Shown here in pieces: positions 17,358-28,739 of a stretch of 64,000 bases of DNA; the stretch's first letter is position 1, and each line of letters starts with the position of its first letter. The DNA lies in NCBI GenBank assembly GCA_048571215.1, contig CP182352.1, forward strand, positions 800,001-864,000, in the 5' to 3' direction. The position numbers and the translations under genes are program-made. The notes beneath the pieces were generated by a model. It searched no databases. It was not told where the DNA came from and was given only the letters and a program-made list of their open reading frames with translations. The stretch comes from Halarcobacter sp. (GTDB taxonomy: Bacteria; Campylobacterota; Campylobacteria; Campylobacterales; Arcobacteraceae).

Positions 17358-18191
17358 TTATAATTGTACCATTGTTTTATTTTGATGAGCTTCTTGAACT
17401 TTTTTATAAGAATCAGTATACTCTGCTTTTGTAGTATCTTGTTTTAAAATACCAGTAGGGAATAAACCTTCTTTTTCCTCATCACTCATTTTGTCATATT
17501 TAGTTTTAGCAACAGTTATAGAATCAATCCACTCTAAGTTAGCCATTGCAGAGTTCATTTTATTTTTTCTACCAAGGTTTACATGGCAGTTTGAAAAAAT
17601 GTCAAAGAATGAGTAACCATTGTGTTCAAAACCTTTTACAAAAACTCTTTCAAGTTTTTTTGGATCTAACATAGTTTCTCTTGCAACAAAAGATGCTCCA
17701 GCTCCAATTGCTAAATCACAAGCATTAAAAGTTGGGTCGATATTTCCTCTTTTCATCGTAACTGTCCACATACCTTGTGGAGTAGTTGGAGATGTTTGAG
17801 AGTTAGTTAATCCATAAATAAAGTTATTTACAACGATATGGTTAATATCGATATTTCTTCTACATCCGTGAATTGTATGGTTACCACCAATTGCAAGTCC
17901 ATCCCCATCCCCTGATACACAAATTACATGTTTGTCAGGATTTGCTAATTTAATACCTGTTGCATATGCGATAGTTCTACCATGAGTTGTATGAACAGTG
18001 TTACAATTGATATATGAAGAGAATCTTCCAGAACAACCGATACCTGAAACGACACAAACATCATCCATTTTCCATCCAAGTTTATCGATAGCTCTAATAA
18101 CAGCTTTTAAAATAACTCCATCACCACATCCCCAACACCATAGTGTTGGCATTTTGTTAGTTCTTAAATATTCATCATAATTAAATGCCAT
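17358..18191 (-). CDS. oorB: 2-oxoglutarate:acceptor oxidoreductase beta subunit
   Basis: WCWGCGDG, SGIGCS, GDGD TPP motif. Confidence 0.95.
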   Translation of the reverse strand: MAFNYDEYLRTNKMPTLWCWGCGDGVILKAVIRAIDKLGWKMDDVCVVSGIGCSGRFSSYINCNTVHTTHGRTIAYATGIKLANPDKHVICVSGDGDGLAIGGNHTIHGCRRNIDINHIVVNNFIYGLTNSQTSPTTPQGMWTVTMKRGNIDPTFNACDLAIGAGASFVARETMLDPKKLERVFVKGFEHNGYSFFDIFSNCHVNLGRKNKMNSAMANLEWIDSITVAKTKYDKMSDEEKEGLFPTGILKQDTTKAEYTDSYKKVQEAHQNKTMVQL

Positions 18192-18192
18192 A

Positions 18193-19323
18193 TTACATTC
18201 CTTTCACTTTTTCTACTATTTCAAGAGGAGCAATTGGTCTACCATTTGCTTTAAATAAAGTATCAAAATCTCTTCTTCCACTTACTCTTTCAATCTCTTC
18301 TAAGTATTGTCCTAAGTTTAACTCAGTAACAAGTATCTTTTTCACACTATCAGTAATCTCTTTGATTCTTTTTGCTGGGCTTGGCCATAATGTAAGTGGT
18401 CTAAACATACCAACTTTGATCCCTTCAGCTCTTAATCTATTAACTGCTTCTTTTACAGATAAAGCCATAGAACCATATGCAATAATTACGATTTCAGCAT
18501 CATCAAGCATATACTCTTCGTTTGATTCAATCTCTTCAGTATAGTTTTCAACTTTTCTAAATAATCTTTTAATTAAATCATCACATGTTTGTTCATCTTC
18601 AGTTGGATGACCATTTGCATCATGATGAAGACCTGTATAGTGGTATCTATACCCATTAAACATAGGGTTAAGAACTGCTGGTTGGTCATTTTCACACTCA
18701 TATGGTTTATATTCAGATGCAGGTCCATCATAAGTTTTTCTTGGAATAATCCCAGCTTTTACCTCTTCTAATGTTGGTAAAATTGCTTTACCACTCATAT
18801 GACCAATTGTTTCATCTAAAAGTACAAATACAGGTTGCATAAATCTATCAGCTAAGTTAAAAGCTCTAACAGTTTCAGTATAACATTCACTTAATGTACC
18901 TGCACATAATGTGATTGATTTATAATCACCATGTGTTGGTGTTTTAGCTTGTAAAACATCACCTTGTGCTACACGAGTTGGAAGACCAGTTGATGGACCA
19001 CCTCTCATTACATTTACTATTACTAATGGTACTTCTGCAATATATGCAAGACCAATATTTTCTGATTTTAATGATATCCCAGGACCTGAAGTTGCAGTTA
19101 ATGATCTTTTTCCAGACATTGCCCCACCTATTGCAGCACAAACACCAGCAATCTCATCTTCCATTTGAATTGCTGCTCCACCACATGCAGGTAATAAATC
19201 TGAGATAGTATGCATCACTTCACTTGAAGGAGTAATAGGATATCCACCAAAAAACTCACATCCAGCATCTACTGCCGCAATCGCTGCTAAATCATTACCA
19301 GTTGAAATTATTTCTCTAGCCAT
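18193..19323 (-). CDS. oorA: 2-oxoglutarate:acceptor oxidoreductase alpha subunit
   Basis: GYPITPSSE, QMEDE, TATSGPG, RGGPSTGLPT. Confidence 0.95.
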   Translation of the reverse strand: MAREIISTGNDLAAIAAVDAGCEFFGGYPITPSSEVMHTISDLLPACGGAAIQMEDEIAGVCAAIGGAMSGKRSLTATSGPGISLKSENIGLAYIAEVPLVIVNVMRGGPSTGLPTRVAQGDVLQAKTPTHGDYKSITLCAGTLSECYTETVRAFNLADRFMQPVFVLLDETIGHMSGKAILPTLEEVKAGIIPRKTYDGPASEYKPYECENDQPAVLNPMFNGYRYHYTGLHHDANGHPTEDEQTCDDLIKRLFRKVENYTEEIESNEEYMLDDAEIVIIAYGSMALSVKEAVNRLRAEGIKVGMFRPLTLWPSPAKRIKEITDSVKKILVTELNLGQYLEEIERVSGRRDFDTLFKANGRPIAPLEIVEKVKGM

Positions 19324-19332
19324 CTATTCTCC

Positions 19333-19650
19333 TTAAGCGTCTAGTGCTCTATAGTTATTTTTCTTAATCGCTTCGCCTCTTTCTTTTGCTTCATCAGTAA
19401 GCTTAGCGAATTTGAATTCTTTTTTATCTGCAACATAAATTGCGAAATCAGGACATGATAATTCACAGTCGTTACAACCAATACATGAATCTTTTGCTAC
19501 AATTGAAATCATTGCACCTAAAGTTGAAGTTGGTTCTGGTTTCATTGCAAGTACACCAGCAGGACATACAGATACACATACATCACACGCTTTACATCTA
19601 GCAGTATCAACCCATACTGGAGTATTTGCAGGAGCTTCCATAATTGCCAT
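19333..19650 (-). CDS. oorD: 2-oxoglutarate:acceptor oxidoreductase ferredoxin subunit
   Basis: Two CxxCxxCxxxCP motifs. Confidence 0.93.
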   Translation of the reverse strand: MAIMEAPANTPVWVDTARCKACDVCVSVCPAGVLAMKPEPTSTLGAMISIVAKDSCIGCNDCELSCPDFAIYVADKKEFKFAKLTDEAKERGEAIKKNNYRALDA

Positions 19651-19943
19651 TTTTTCCCCTTAAAAAATTTGATCAATAATTGAGTGAATTCTCAAATATT
19701 CTTGAAACATAATAACTAATTAAACAAATAAAGAAAGTTTAAAAGAGTTATTTATATATGTCTAATTTTTGTTTTGTTACTATATGCAACAATAAAAAGA
19801 CTAAAAAAAAACTATGTTACAAATTGAACTAATAGTAATATAATATATACAAATATTAAAATTTGTATTTTCTTATAAATTTGCCATTTCACTCTTTTTA
19901 AATCTACTTTTTGATATAATTCACAAAAAAATTAAAGGTTTTT

Positions 19944-20654
19944 ATGGTTTTATATCAACCAAACAATGGTTACTGTTACAACAGTGATACACATTTTTTA
20001 TATAGCTTTATTGTACAAAATTTATACAAATTTAAAAATATTAGTGGTGAAGTATTAGACATCGGAAGTGGAAGTGGAATCTTGGGACTTTTAGTTTCTA
20101 GAGAATATAAAAAGCTAAAATTAAACCAATGTGAGATTCAAAATAGTTTTCAGGAACTATCTGAAATAAATGCAAGGTGTAATAAAATTGAAGCAAATTT
20201 ATTTAAGGGTTCATTTTTAGAAATTGATTTTGAAAAACAGTTTGATATGTGTATTTCAAATCCACCTTTTTATCATACTAATGTAATTAAAAGTGAAAAT
20301 GAAAATTTAAAAATAGCTAGATATAATGATAGCTTACCATTGAAAAGTTTTATTCAAAAAGTTTCAATAATATTAAAAAATAGTGGTAAATTTTTTTTCT
20401 GTTATGATGTAAAGCAGATAAATGAGATAATGACTTTGTTAAATGAATATAAACTAAATATAGAGTCTTTGCAGTTTGTACACCCTAACAAGAGTAAAAA
20501 TGCTACACTAGTTTTGGTATATGCAAGAAAAAATTCTAAGTCTTTATTAAATATTTTACCACCTTTAGTTGTTTTTGAGGAAAAGGATTTTTCAGATGAA
20601 GTTAAAGAGATTTATAAAAAATCTTCAACCCACAGTATAAAAGTAGAGATATGA
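19944..20654 (+). CDS. tRNA1(Val) A37 N6-methyltransferase-like protein
   Basis: LDIGSGSG and NPPF motifs. Confidence 0.8.
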   Translation: MVLYQPNNGYCYNSDTHFLYSFIVQNLYKFKNISGEVLDIGSGSGILGLLVSREYKKLKLNQCEIQNSFQELSEINARCNKIEANLFKGSFLEIDFEKQFDMCISNPPFYHTNVIKSENENLKIARYNDSLPLKSFIQKVSIILKNSGKFFFCYDVKQINEIMTLLNEYKLNIESLQFVHPNKSKNATLVLVYARKNSKSLLNILPPLVVFEEKDFSDEVKEIYKKSSTHSIKVEI

Positions 20655-21031
20655 GTTTAATAACAAAAGAGGGTTTTGATTTTGCTTTTGAAACCTCAGG
20701 ATGTGATAGTTGTTTAGGTAACTGTTGTATTGGTGAAAGTGGAAATATTTGGATAAATAATATTGAGATAGATAACTTAGTCAAGCATCTAGGTATTAGT
20801 TTAGAGCAATTGAAAAATAGTTATATAGAAAAAAGAGGCTATAAATATAGCATTAAAGAGATACAATTAGCAAAAGATAATTTTGCATGTGTTTTCTTTG
20901 ATTTAGAAAAAAGAGGCTGTAGTATATATGAAGTTAGACCACTTCAATGTAGAACATTTCCCTTTTGGGAATATTTTAAAAAAAATGTAGACGAGGTAAA
21001 ACAAGAGTGTCCAGCTATAAAAGAGTTATAA
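20651..21031 (+). CDS. YkgJ-family cysteine cluster protein
   Basis: CDSCLGNCC, CSIYEVRPLQCRTFPFW. Confidence 0.88.
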   Translation: MSLITKEGFDFAFETSGCDSCLGNCCIGESGNIWINNIEIDNLVKHLGISLEQLKNSYIEKRGYKYSIKEIQLAKDNFACVFFDLEKRGCSIYEVRPLQCRTFPFWEYFKKNVDEVKQECPAIKEL

Positions 21032-22293
21032 TATTTTTATTTTCATTAGTTTTTTTATTGGGATGCTCCCCTTCTCAAAGTAATATAATAAACTACAATG
21101 ATAAAACTTTTCAAAATGAAGATAGAGATATACTTTTTGCCTTAGAGTATGATAGTTTAGGTCAAAAAGATAAAGCTAGAGATTTATATCTATCTTTATA
21201 TAATAGAACATCAAAAGATGAGTACCTTTTAGAGTATTTAAAATTATCTTTTGCTTTACAAAAATATGATGAAATTGTAAGTTTAGTTAAAAAAAGCAAA
21301 CAAAAAATAGTTAAACATAAAAATAAAATTTTAAGAGTTTATATCTTGGCTTTAATACAACAAGAAAAATATGATGAAGCTTTAAAGGTTAGTCATGAGT
21401 TGATAAAAGAAAATAATACAAATCTTAATCATGAGTTGTTAGGAAATATTTTTTTACAAAAAAATGATTATAAAAATGCAAAAAAAGAGTTTGAGTATAT
21501 TTATAAAAATGGTTTTAATGAAAATGCTTTGATTGAATTAATCAATATTATGTATATATATTTAAATGAAAAAGATGAAGCAATAAATCTTTTAGAATCA
21601 CATATCAAACTTAATGGTTGTACTAATCTTACTTGTTCAAAACTTTTAAACATTTATCAAGAAGAGAACAACTTAGATGGGGTTATTTCAGTTCTTGAAA
21701 AAAGTTATTATCAATATAAAGATACTGCTAATCATGTAACAATGGATAATATCTATAAACTTTTGATGTATTATTTAGAAAAAAAAGGCATAGGTGATGC
21801 CATAGCCTTTTTAGAAAAAAGTAAAGCAAATGATGAAAAACTTTTAGATTTATATAGAAATAGCGGAGATTATCAAAAAGCTTATGCTTTGGCAAAAGAG
21901 TTATATGCAAAAACTGCAAATATTGATTATCTTGCACAAATAGCAATGTTGGAATTTGAGAGTGCCAAAAATAAAAAAGATGTTTTAAAAAGTGTTATTA
22001 AAAAATTTAATGATGTTTTGACTGTTTTAGATAATCATATTTACCAAAATTATTTGGGTTATCTTTTAATAGATTTTGATGTAGATATTAAAAGGGGAGT
22101 CTCTTTAGTAAAAAAAGCTTTAGAAAAAGCACCAAATAATTTTGCATATATAGATTCTCTTGCTTGGGGACAATATAAACAAAAAAATTGTAAAGAAGCA
22201 TATAAAAATATGAAAAAAGTTGTTGATAATGTTGGCTTGAAAGATGAGGAGATTAAATCACATTGGAAAAAAATCAAGGAGTGTACTAAGTGA
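21007..22293 (+). CDS. TPR-like lipoprotein
   Basis: Lipobox LLGC; NYLGY...DSLAWG TPR motif. Confidence 0.8.
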   Translation: MSSYKRVIIFLFSLVFLLGCSPSQSNIINYNDKTFQNEDRDILFALEYDSLGQKDKARDLYLSLYNRTSKDEYLLEYLKLSFALQKYDEIVSLVKKSKQKIVKHKNKILRVYILALIQQEKYDEALKVSHELIKENNTNLNHELLGNIFLQKNDYKNAKKEFEYIYKNGFNENALIELINIMYIYLNEKDEAINLLESHIKLNGCTNLTCSKLLNIYQEENNLDGVISVLEKSYYQYKDTANHVTMDNIYKLLMYYLEKKGIGDAIAFLEKSKANDEKLLDLYRNSGDYQKAYALAKELYAKTANIDYLAQIAMLEFESAKNKKDVLKSVIKKFNDVLTVLDNHIYQNYLGYLLIDFDVDIKRGVSLVKKALEKAPNNFAYIDSLAWGQYKQKNCKEAYKNMKKVVDNVGLKDEEIKSHWKKIKECTK

Positions 22294-23078
22294 TATTAGA
22301 TGAGATAAATAGAATAACAAGAGAAGATGTAGAAAAAAGAAAAAAAGAGTATTCTCTTGATTGGTTAGGAAGAAGCTTAAGTGCAAACCCTTTCCCACCT
22401 AGGGATGTTAAGCCATATTTGACCTCTACAAAAGAAGAACCCATAAGAATAATTGCCGAGGTTAAAAAAGCAAGTCCTAGTAAAGGTGTTATCAAAGAAG
22501 ATTTTGACCCATTAAAAATTGCACAAGAGTATAGTGCAAATGGAGCAAATGCTATATCAGTTCTAACAGAACCTCATTATTTTCAAGGAGATTTAGAGTA
22601 TCTAACACAAATTAGAAGATATGTACCTACACCACTTCTTAGAAAAGATTTTATACTTGATAAATACCAAATAGTTGAAGCTTTAGTTTATGGAGCAGAT
22701 TTTATTTTGCTTATTGCAAAAAGTTTGAGTACTAAAGAGCTAAAAGAGTTATACGATTATGCCTTACATTTAGGATTAGAAGTTTTAGTTGAAGTGCATG
22801 ATAAAGAGGATTTAACAAAAGCTATGAGGTGTGGAGCACATATTGTAGGAATCAATCATAGAAATTTAGAGACTATGGAAATGGATATGACTCTTTGTGA
22901 AAAACTAATCCCAATGATTCCAAATGGGAAAATCATAGTTGCCGAAAGTGGCGTTTCAAATGTGGAAACAATACAGAACTTAAGCTCTATTGGTGCTGAT
23001 GCTTTTTTAATTGGAGAACATTTTATGAGAGTGCCATCTATTAAAGATGAACTTAAAAAATTTAAAAATTGCATTTAG
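22290..23078 (+). CDS. trpC: Indole-3-glycerol phosphate synthase
   Basis: [28 protein letters not shown]. Confidence 0.96.
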   Translation: MILDEINRITREDVEKRKKEYSLDWLGRSLSANPFPPRDVKPYLTSTKEEPIRIIAEVKKASPSKGVIKEDFDPLKIAQEYSANGANAISVLTEPHYFQGDLEYLTQIRRYVPTPLLRKDFILDKYQIVEALVYGADFILLIAKSLSTKELKELYDYALHLGLEVLVEVHDKEDLTKAMRCGAHIVGINHRNLETMEMDMTLCEKLIPMIPNGKIIVAESGVSNVETIQNLSSIGADAFLIGEHFMRVPSIKDELKKFKNCI

Positions 23079-23085
23079 GGTTTAG

Positions 23086-23793
23086 ATGCTAATAAAAGTT
23101 GTTATATTCTCCTTGCTTGCTGGATCAACAGTATTTTTAGGAGCATATACAGCATATTTCTTTGAAAATAGAGTTCATGATAAAAAACTTAAAGAAACAG
23201 TAATCAAATACCTTGTAGCTTTTGCTACAGGTATAATGTTGTCTGCAATCTCTTTTGTTCTTGTCCCTGAAGGGATGAATAATATTTCAATAATTTTAAG
23301 TGTTTTTCTTTTTTTATCTGGTGGGATAAGTTTTTATTTTTTGGACAAGTTTATTCAACATCATAAAACAAATATTCCTCAAATCCTTGCAATGCTTTTA
23401 GACTTTATCCCTGAATCAATTGCCTTAGGTGCAGTTTTTGCATATGATAATAAAATGGGTTTATTACTCTCTTTGTTTATTGCCTTTCAAAACTTTCCAG
23501 AATCATTTAACTCTTATGTTGAAATGGATAAAAATGGTTTTAAAGCCAAAAACTCTTTAATAATCTTTTTTGTATTAAGTTTTGTGGGTTTGATATTTTC
23601 TCTATTTGGATTCTTCTTTTTAGTGGAAAAACCTCAAATAACTTCATCCTTGATGGTTTTTGCTGCTGGTGGAATTATGTATCTTATATTTCAAGATATT
23701 GCACCTTTATTAAATAAAAAAGAGAAAAAACCTGTATCTATTGGAGTGAATATAGGATTTGTTATTGGTATGTTAGGTGATGCTTTATTATAA
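23086..23793 (+). CDS. ZIP-family metal transporter
   Basis: Multi-TM; DFIPES and QNFPES motifs. Confidence 0.8.
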   Translation: MLIKVVIFSLLAGSTVFLGAYTAYFFENRVHDKKLKETVIKYLVAFATGIMLSAISFVLVPEGMNNISIILSVFLFLSGGISFYFLDKFIQHHKTNIPQILAMLLDFIPESIALGAVFAYDNKMGLLLSLFIAFQNFPESFNSYVEMDKNGFKAKNSLIIFFVLSFVGLIFSLFGFFFLVEKPQITSSLMVFAAGGIMYLIFQDIAPLLNKKEKKPVSIGVNIGFVIGMLGDALL

Positions 23794-23805
23794 AATTTCA
23801 GTTTA

Positions 23806-24045
23806 TTATTTATAGGTTAAGCTAAGATTGTTGTTATATTGAAGTACATCTGGGTTAAAAATAGGGTATTTTATGTTTGGATCATTATACTCTTTACTTT
23901 GTCTAGCTCTTGTACTAATAGTTATATAAAAAGCATCTAGGAGTTTTCTTACATTGTTTGTTGGTTGGGTAGTTCTTGCTCTATTGATATTAGGATTGTT
24001 ATCTATAGCTGAATCATATCTATTATAGCTATTTCTTATTTCCAT
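23806..24045 (-). CDS. Small hypothetical protein
   Basis: 79-aa ORF downstream of the repeat protein. Confidence 0.45.
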   Translation of the reverse strand: MEIRNSYNRYDSAIDNNPNINRARTTQPTNNVRKLLDAFYITISTRARQSKEYNDPNIKYPIFNPDVLQYNNNLSLTYK

Positions 24046-24054
24046 ATTACAACC

Positions 24055-25554
24055 TTATATCTCTTTTTTGAATACTGATTCTAAAATCTCATCTTCTGAA
24101 AGTTCTTTTTTAAGTTTTACCTCTTTTGGTTCTCTTAAAGCTAGAACTCTTTTTTTCAAATTTATTAAATTGTATTTAGCTAAATTCTTAAGTAGTGTAT
24201 CATTTATCATATCAACTTTCAAGGTTTTTTCATCTAGAAGTTTTGTAACTACTCTTTTTAAATTTTCTCTAGTTTTTCTAAATATCTCTTCCTCTTCCGT
24301 CAAAGTGATATAATCTTTTTCTAAATAATCAATAATTTCAATACCAGTATATTTATATGTCATTAAAGAATGGTATGAAAACTCTTTAAATTTTAATGTT
24401 GATATACAAACACTTGTAAAAATATTCCCTCCCACATGGATAAGACCTTCAAGATTATTTAGAGGATTGTGGGAACAAATATAATCTTCATTTACAATAG
24501 AAGGGGAGTGTTCGAGGGATTTAATATTGTTTTTTAAAACAATAAAGTTTTTTCCAACAACTTTTGGCGCACCTTTTAGTGAAGTTAATTCATTTTTGTA
24601 TGCAAGAAAATCTCCTCCAACTTTTTTTGGAGAACCTTCTAGGGACACTAATTCATTGTCACTAATATCGAAGTCACCTTTAACTTCATTGAAGCTAATA
24701 GGAAGTTTTTTGTATGTTTCAAGGGCATTTGAGAGTCTTACATCACCATTTACATCAACTGTATTATCATCTAGGATTTTAAAATCATGGATTCTATTTT
24801 TCTTTAGCCACTTCTCTATATCTTTTTTATTTGATATGGCAACTATAGGTTTATATATATGTTCAATTACCTCTTTACCTTGATATTTCCAAAATTTATT
24901 TTCTTCATCAAAGATACTTGTTTTCATATGATTTAAATTTATATCAGTTGTAATATCCCAACCAATCTCTTCTGCAATATCTTCTAAATCTTTTAGTTCA
25001 TTTGTATGACAGATATAATCTTTCCCAACAGTTATAGGACCTTCTCTTAAGCTATCAATTTTATTATTTGAACAATCAAAATAATCTTTAATATATTTAG
25101 GTCCACCTTTTAAAGAGATTATTTGATTATATGAACATTTAAAATAGCCTTTTATTGTTCTTGGAGTTCCTTCAATTGAAGTCAGTTGATTTTTAGAACA
25201 GTCGAAGTATCCTTCAATCTCTTTAGGAGAGTAAGATAAGTTTTTTAGTAGATTGTCAGAACAGTTAAAATCACCAACACTATAGGGTGCTCCAAAAAGG
25301 GTCTCTATTCTATTTGAGGAACAATCAAAGTCTTTATCAACCTCTTTAGGGCAACCCTCTAGTGAAATCAAATCATTATTACTTATATCAAAATAACCAT
25401 TTATATTTTCAAAAGTAATAGGTAAAATATTTTCAGAAATTTTTCCTCTAAGGTTTACATTTCCATTAACATTGACATTTAAGTTACTAGAAACAGTATA
25501 TCTTGTTATCTCATGTTTATCTAGCCATCTTTCAACATCTTTAATAGTTTTCAA
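24055..25554 (-). CDS. LRR-like ~22-aa repeat protein with two modules
   Basis: Repeats of type FDCSxNxLxSLEGxPxxVxG. Confidence 0.75.
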   Translation of the reverse strand: MKTIKDVERWLDKHEITRYTVSSNLNVNVNGNVNLRGKISENILPITFENINGYFDISNNDLISLEGCPKEVDKDFDCSSNRIETLFGAPYSVGDFNCSDNLLKNLSYSPKEIEGYFDCSKNQLTSIEGTPRTIKGYFKCSYNQIISLKGGPKYIKDYFDCSNNKIDSLREGPITVGKDYICHTNELKDLEDIAEEIGWDITTDINLNHMKTSIFDEENKFWKYQGKEVIEHIYKPIVAISNKKDIEKWLKKNRIHDFKILDDNTVDVNGDVRLSNALETYKKLPISFNEVKGDFDISDNELVSLEGSPKKVGGDFLAYKNELTSLKGAPKVVGKNFIVLKNNIKSLEHSPSIVNEDYICSHNPLNNLEGLIHVGGNIFTSVCISTLKFKEFSYHSLMTYKYTGIEIIDYLEKDYITLTEEEEIFRKTRENLKRVVTKLLDEKTLKVDMINDTLLKNLAKYNLINLKKRVLALREPKEVKLKKELSEDEILESVFKKEI

Positions 25555-25661
25555 AGCCTATCCCTTAATAAATTTCTAAATGGAATATTATTTAAACATT
25601 ATAACATAAATACAATAAGTTATTTTTAAATAAAAACACCTAATATTCTATTATATAAGAA

Positions 25662-26345
25662 TTATTTAAATAATATTGAACCTACTCTTATCATATTTGA
25701 ACCACAAGTTATTGCTAGCTCAAAATCATTACTCATTCCCATTGAACAATATTTTGCTCCAAATGGTACTACTTGATCATAAATCTCTTTTGTTGTTTTA
25801 AAAGAGTTTTTTATAATCTCATTATCTTCAACATGAGCCCCAATACTCATCACACCTTTTAATTTAATATTTGGGCAAGTATTTAAAATCTCTTTATAAA
25901 TATCAATAGCATCTTGGGGCATTACACCTGCTTTAGTATCCTCTTTTGCAGAGTTTATTTGAAGTAAGCAAGACATAGTTTTCTTTTTTGCTTCAAGTTT
26001 TTTATTTAATTCTTGTGCTAAATCTAATGAGTCTAAAGAGTGCATTAAAGTAGGGTTTAAATCAATAAGATTATTGATCTTATTTTTTTGAAGTCTTCCT
26101 ACAAAATGCCATTCTAAAGGTAACTCTTCTAAATCTTCACTTTTTTGTTTTAAATCTTGAACTTTATTTTCTCCAAATGCTCTTTGTCCCACCTTATAAA
26201 GCATAGATATATCTTCACTTTGTGAGTATTTTGATATACCTATGATTTTTACAATATGATGGTCTGAAACTCTAAGTCTAGCACCTTCAACTTTTGAAAT
26301 AACTTTATCTAAGTTTTCTACTGCTTTTTCTTTTGTAATACCCAT
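25662..26345 (-). CDS. yggS: YggS-family PLP homeostasis protein
   Basis: FGENKVQ, WHFVGRLQKNK, SMGMS, IRVGS. Confidence 0.93.
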   Translation of the reverse strand: MGITKEKAVENLDKVISKVEGARLRVSDHHIVKIIGISKYSQSEDISMLYKVGQRAFGENKVQDLKQKSEDLEELPLEWHFVGRLQKNKINNLIDLNPTLMHSLDSLDLAQELNKKLEAKKKTMSCLLQINSAKEDTKAGVMPQDAIDIYKEILNTCPNIKLKGVMSIGAHVEDNEIIKNSFKTTKEIYDQVVPFGAKYCSMGMSNDFELAITCGSNMIRVGSILFK

Positions 26346-26353
26346 AAATTATC

Positions 26354-27406
26354 CTATCCAAAAATTCTATTTATATCGTTGTAAATTCCAAGTAACATAA
26401 GTGAAGCTAATATTGCCCAACCAGCAATAGTTAGATACATAAAAACCTTATCACTTGGCTTTCTTCTTGCAATTATTTCATAAAGATTAAACATAATATG
26501 TCCACCATCAAGTGCAGGAATTGGTAAAAGGTTTAAAACCCCTAGGTTTACAGATATAAGTGCAGTAATCACAAGTACAGCTATAAATGAAGATTCACTA
26601 GCATCAGATACCACTTTACCTATTGTAAGTATTCCACCAACTTCTGAACTAGGTACAACCCCTTGTATTAGCTTTTGGACACCTAAAAATATCATTTTTG
26701 AGGATTCTATTGTTTTATCCCAAGAGTAAGAAATAGCTTCTAAAGGATTGTGGTAAATAGTGATTATTTTTGGTGCAGGCATTATCCCAATCATTCTTTT
26801 TTTGATATTTTCTTTAAAAACATTTTGTGCATCAGAAATATACGGGTTTATAGTTTTAACTATATTTTTGCCATCTCTTTTTATGAAAAACTTTAAAGAG
26901 CCTTGACTTTCTCTAATTGTTTTACCAAGTTGATCCCAGGTTTGTATCTTTTTATCATTTATTTGATATATTTGATCACCCTCAAGTATGCCTGCTTTTT
27001 GTGCAGGTGAGTTTTCTTGAATTTTTCCTATTGTAGGGCTTAGTGCATTTGCACCAGCTATAGCAATAATAAAGTATAAAATAGCTGCAAGTAAAAAATT
27101 TGCAAAAGGACCTGCAAAAAGTATAACTATTCTTTGCCAAGGTTTTTTTGTATTGTATGAGTCATTACCATCTTCTACTAAACTAGGTTTAGTATCATCT
27201 TGACCCTTCATTTTTACATAACCACCAAGAGGGACTAGGGCAATTTGCCACTGTGTTCCTCTCCAATATTTTGAATAAATTTGTTTTCCAAATCCTATTG
27301 AAAATACATGTACAGTTACACCAAAATAACGAGCAGCTATAAAATGTCCCAATTCATGAAAAAAAACTAAAAAAGATAATACAATTAAAAATGTAATAGT
27401 TCCCAA
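26354..27406 (-). CDS. rseP: RIP metalloprotease RseP
   Basis: HELGH, PDZ, NLLPIPALDGG. Confidence 0.95.
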   Translation of the reverse strand: MGTITFLIVLSFLVFFHELGHFIAARYFGVTVHVFSIGFGKQIYSKYWRGTQWQIALVPLGGYVKMKGQDDTKPSLVEDGNDSYNTKKPWQRIVILFAGPFANFLLAAILYFIIAIAGANALSPTIGKIQENSPAQKAGILEGDQIYQINDKKIQTWDQLGKTIRESQGSLKFFIKRDGKNIVKTINPYISDAQNVFKENIKKRMIGIMPAPKIITIYHNPLEAISYSWDKTIESSKMIFLGVQKLIQGVVPSSEVGGILTIGKVVSDASESSFIAVLVITALISVNLGVLNLLPIPALDGGHIMFNLYEIIARRKPSDKVFMYLTIAGWAILASLMLLGIYNDINRIFG

Positions 27407-27417
27407 AAAAACTCCAA

Positions 27418-27960
27418 TTAATCTATAAAATAATCACGGGTATATTCATATCCTGAATATAGTGTTAAAGCAACTGCAATCCATAATAAAATTGTTGCCA
27501 TTGGCCAGTTCATAATTAGAAATCCTATTGCAATCATCTGAAAAACTGTTTTTATTTTTCCAGCCATTGTTGAAGCAACACTTTTGTTTTCTGCAACAGC
27601 AACTACACGAAGTCCAGTTATGAAAAACTCCCTTGATAGGATTAGAAAAACAGCCCATGCACTTGCTCTATCTATTACCATAAGTCCAAGAAATCCTGCA
27701 AGCATAAGCATTTTATCTGCCAAAGGATCTAAGATAGCACCCAATTTTGTCATTTGGTTCCAAGCCCTTGCTATATATCCATCAAAAAAATCTGTAACAG
27801 AGGCTATAACAAAAATAAGTCCTGCAAAATAGTCAAACCAACTTGGATGCCATGAAGAGAAAATTGCACTATCTCTTTGAACTAAGAAAAATAGCATTAG
27901 GGGAGCTAATGCTATTCTAAATAGCGCCAAGGTATTTGGTAAATTTAGTGATTTTGACAT
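27418..27960 (-). CDS. pgsA: CDP-diacylglycerol--glycerol-3-phosphate phosphatidyltransferase
   Basis: TDFFDGYIAR...GAILDPLADK. Confidence 0.93.
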   Translation of the reverse strand: MSKSLNLPNTLALFRIALAPLMLFFLVQRDSAIFSSWHPSWFDYFAGLIFVIASVTDFFDGYIARAWNQMTKLGAILDPLADKMLMLAGFLGLMVIDRASAWAVFLILSREFFITGLRVVAVAENKSVASTMAGKIKTVFQMIAIGFLIMNWPMATILLWIAVALTLYSGYEYTRDYFID

Positions 27961-28739
27961 TATCTAAAAGTTGTCCCACCATCAACAATAAGTGTATGAC
28001 CTGTAATCCAAGAGGCATCTTTAGTACAAAGAAAATAACAAGATTGTGCTAGGTCTTGAGGTTGTCCAATTCTATTTAATGCAGAAAGTTCAGCTGTTTT
28101 AGCTTTAACCTCTTCATAGTTTGTAAATGCCTTAAGTGCATCTGTATCAATTGGTCCACCTGAAACTGCATTTACTCTAATACCCATTGCTCCAAGTTCA
28201 GTTGAAGCATATCTAACCATAGCCTCAACTGCTGCTTTATTTGTACCATGACCTGCATAGTTTTCAATATATACTAAGTTTCCTGTAGAACTTAAACTTA
28301 CAATTGCTCCACCACCAACTTTTTCCATTCTTTTTGCAGCTTGTTGTGAACCACATACAAATGCATTTACAGTAGCAGTATAGATATTGTTTAATCCTCT
28401 TGGTTTTAGTTTCATAAATTTTCCATAACCACCAACAACAGCTCTTCCATAAATCATAGCATTTGAGATAAAGAAATCAACTCTGTCAAAATCTTTATCT
28501 ATTTCTAAAAAAAGCTCTTTATATTGTTCTGGTTCTAAGATATTAAAAGGGTAACATCTACATTTTATACCAAATTTTTCTTCAACATCTTTGCAAATAT
28601 CAAGAGCAATTTGCTCATTTGAATTATATGTAAATGCTACATTTACACCATTACTTGCAAATTTATATACACACTCTTTACCTATTCCCTTAGTACCACC
28701 ACTAATTACTAATGTTTTACCCTTCATATCACTACTCAT
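27960..28739 (-). CDS. SDR oxidoreductase (enoyl-ACP reductase FabL/7-alpha-HSDH-like)
   Basis: SGGTKGIG, YAGHGTNK, VDGG. Confidence 0.85.
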   Translation of the reverse strand: MSSDMKGKTLVISGGTKGIGKECVYKFASNGVNVAFTYNSNEQIALDICKDVEEKFGIKCRCYPFNILEPEQYKELFLEIDKDFDRVDFFISNAMIYGRAVVGGYGKFMKLKPRGLNNIYTATVNAFVCGSQQAAKRMEKVGGGAIVSLSSTGNLVYIENYAGHGTNKAAVEAMVRYASTELGAMGIRVNAVSGGPIDTDALKAFTNYEEVKAKTAELSALNRIGQPQDLAQSCYFLCTKDASWITGHTLIVDGGTTFR

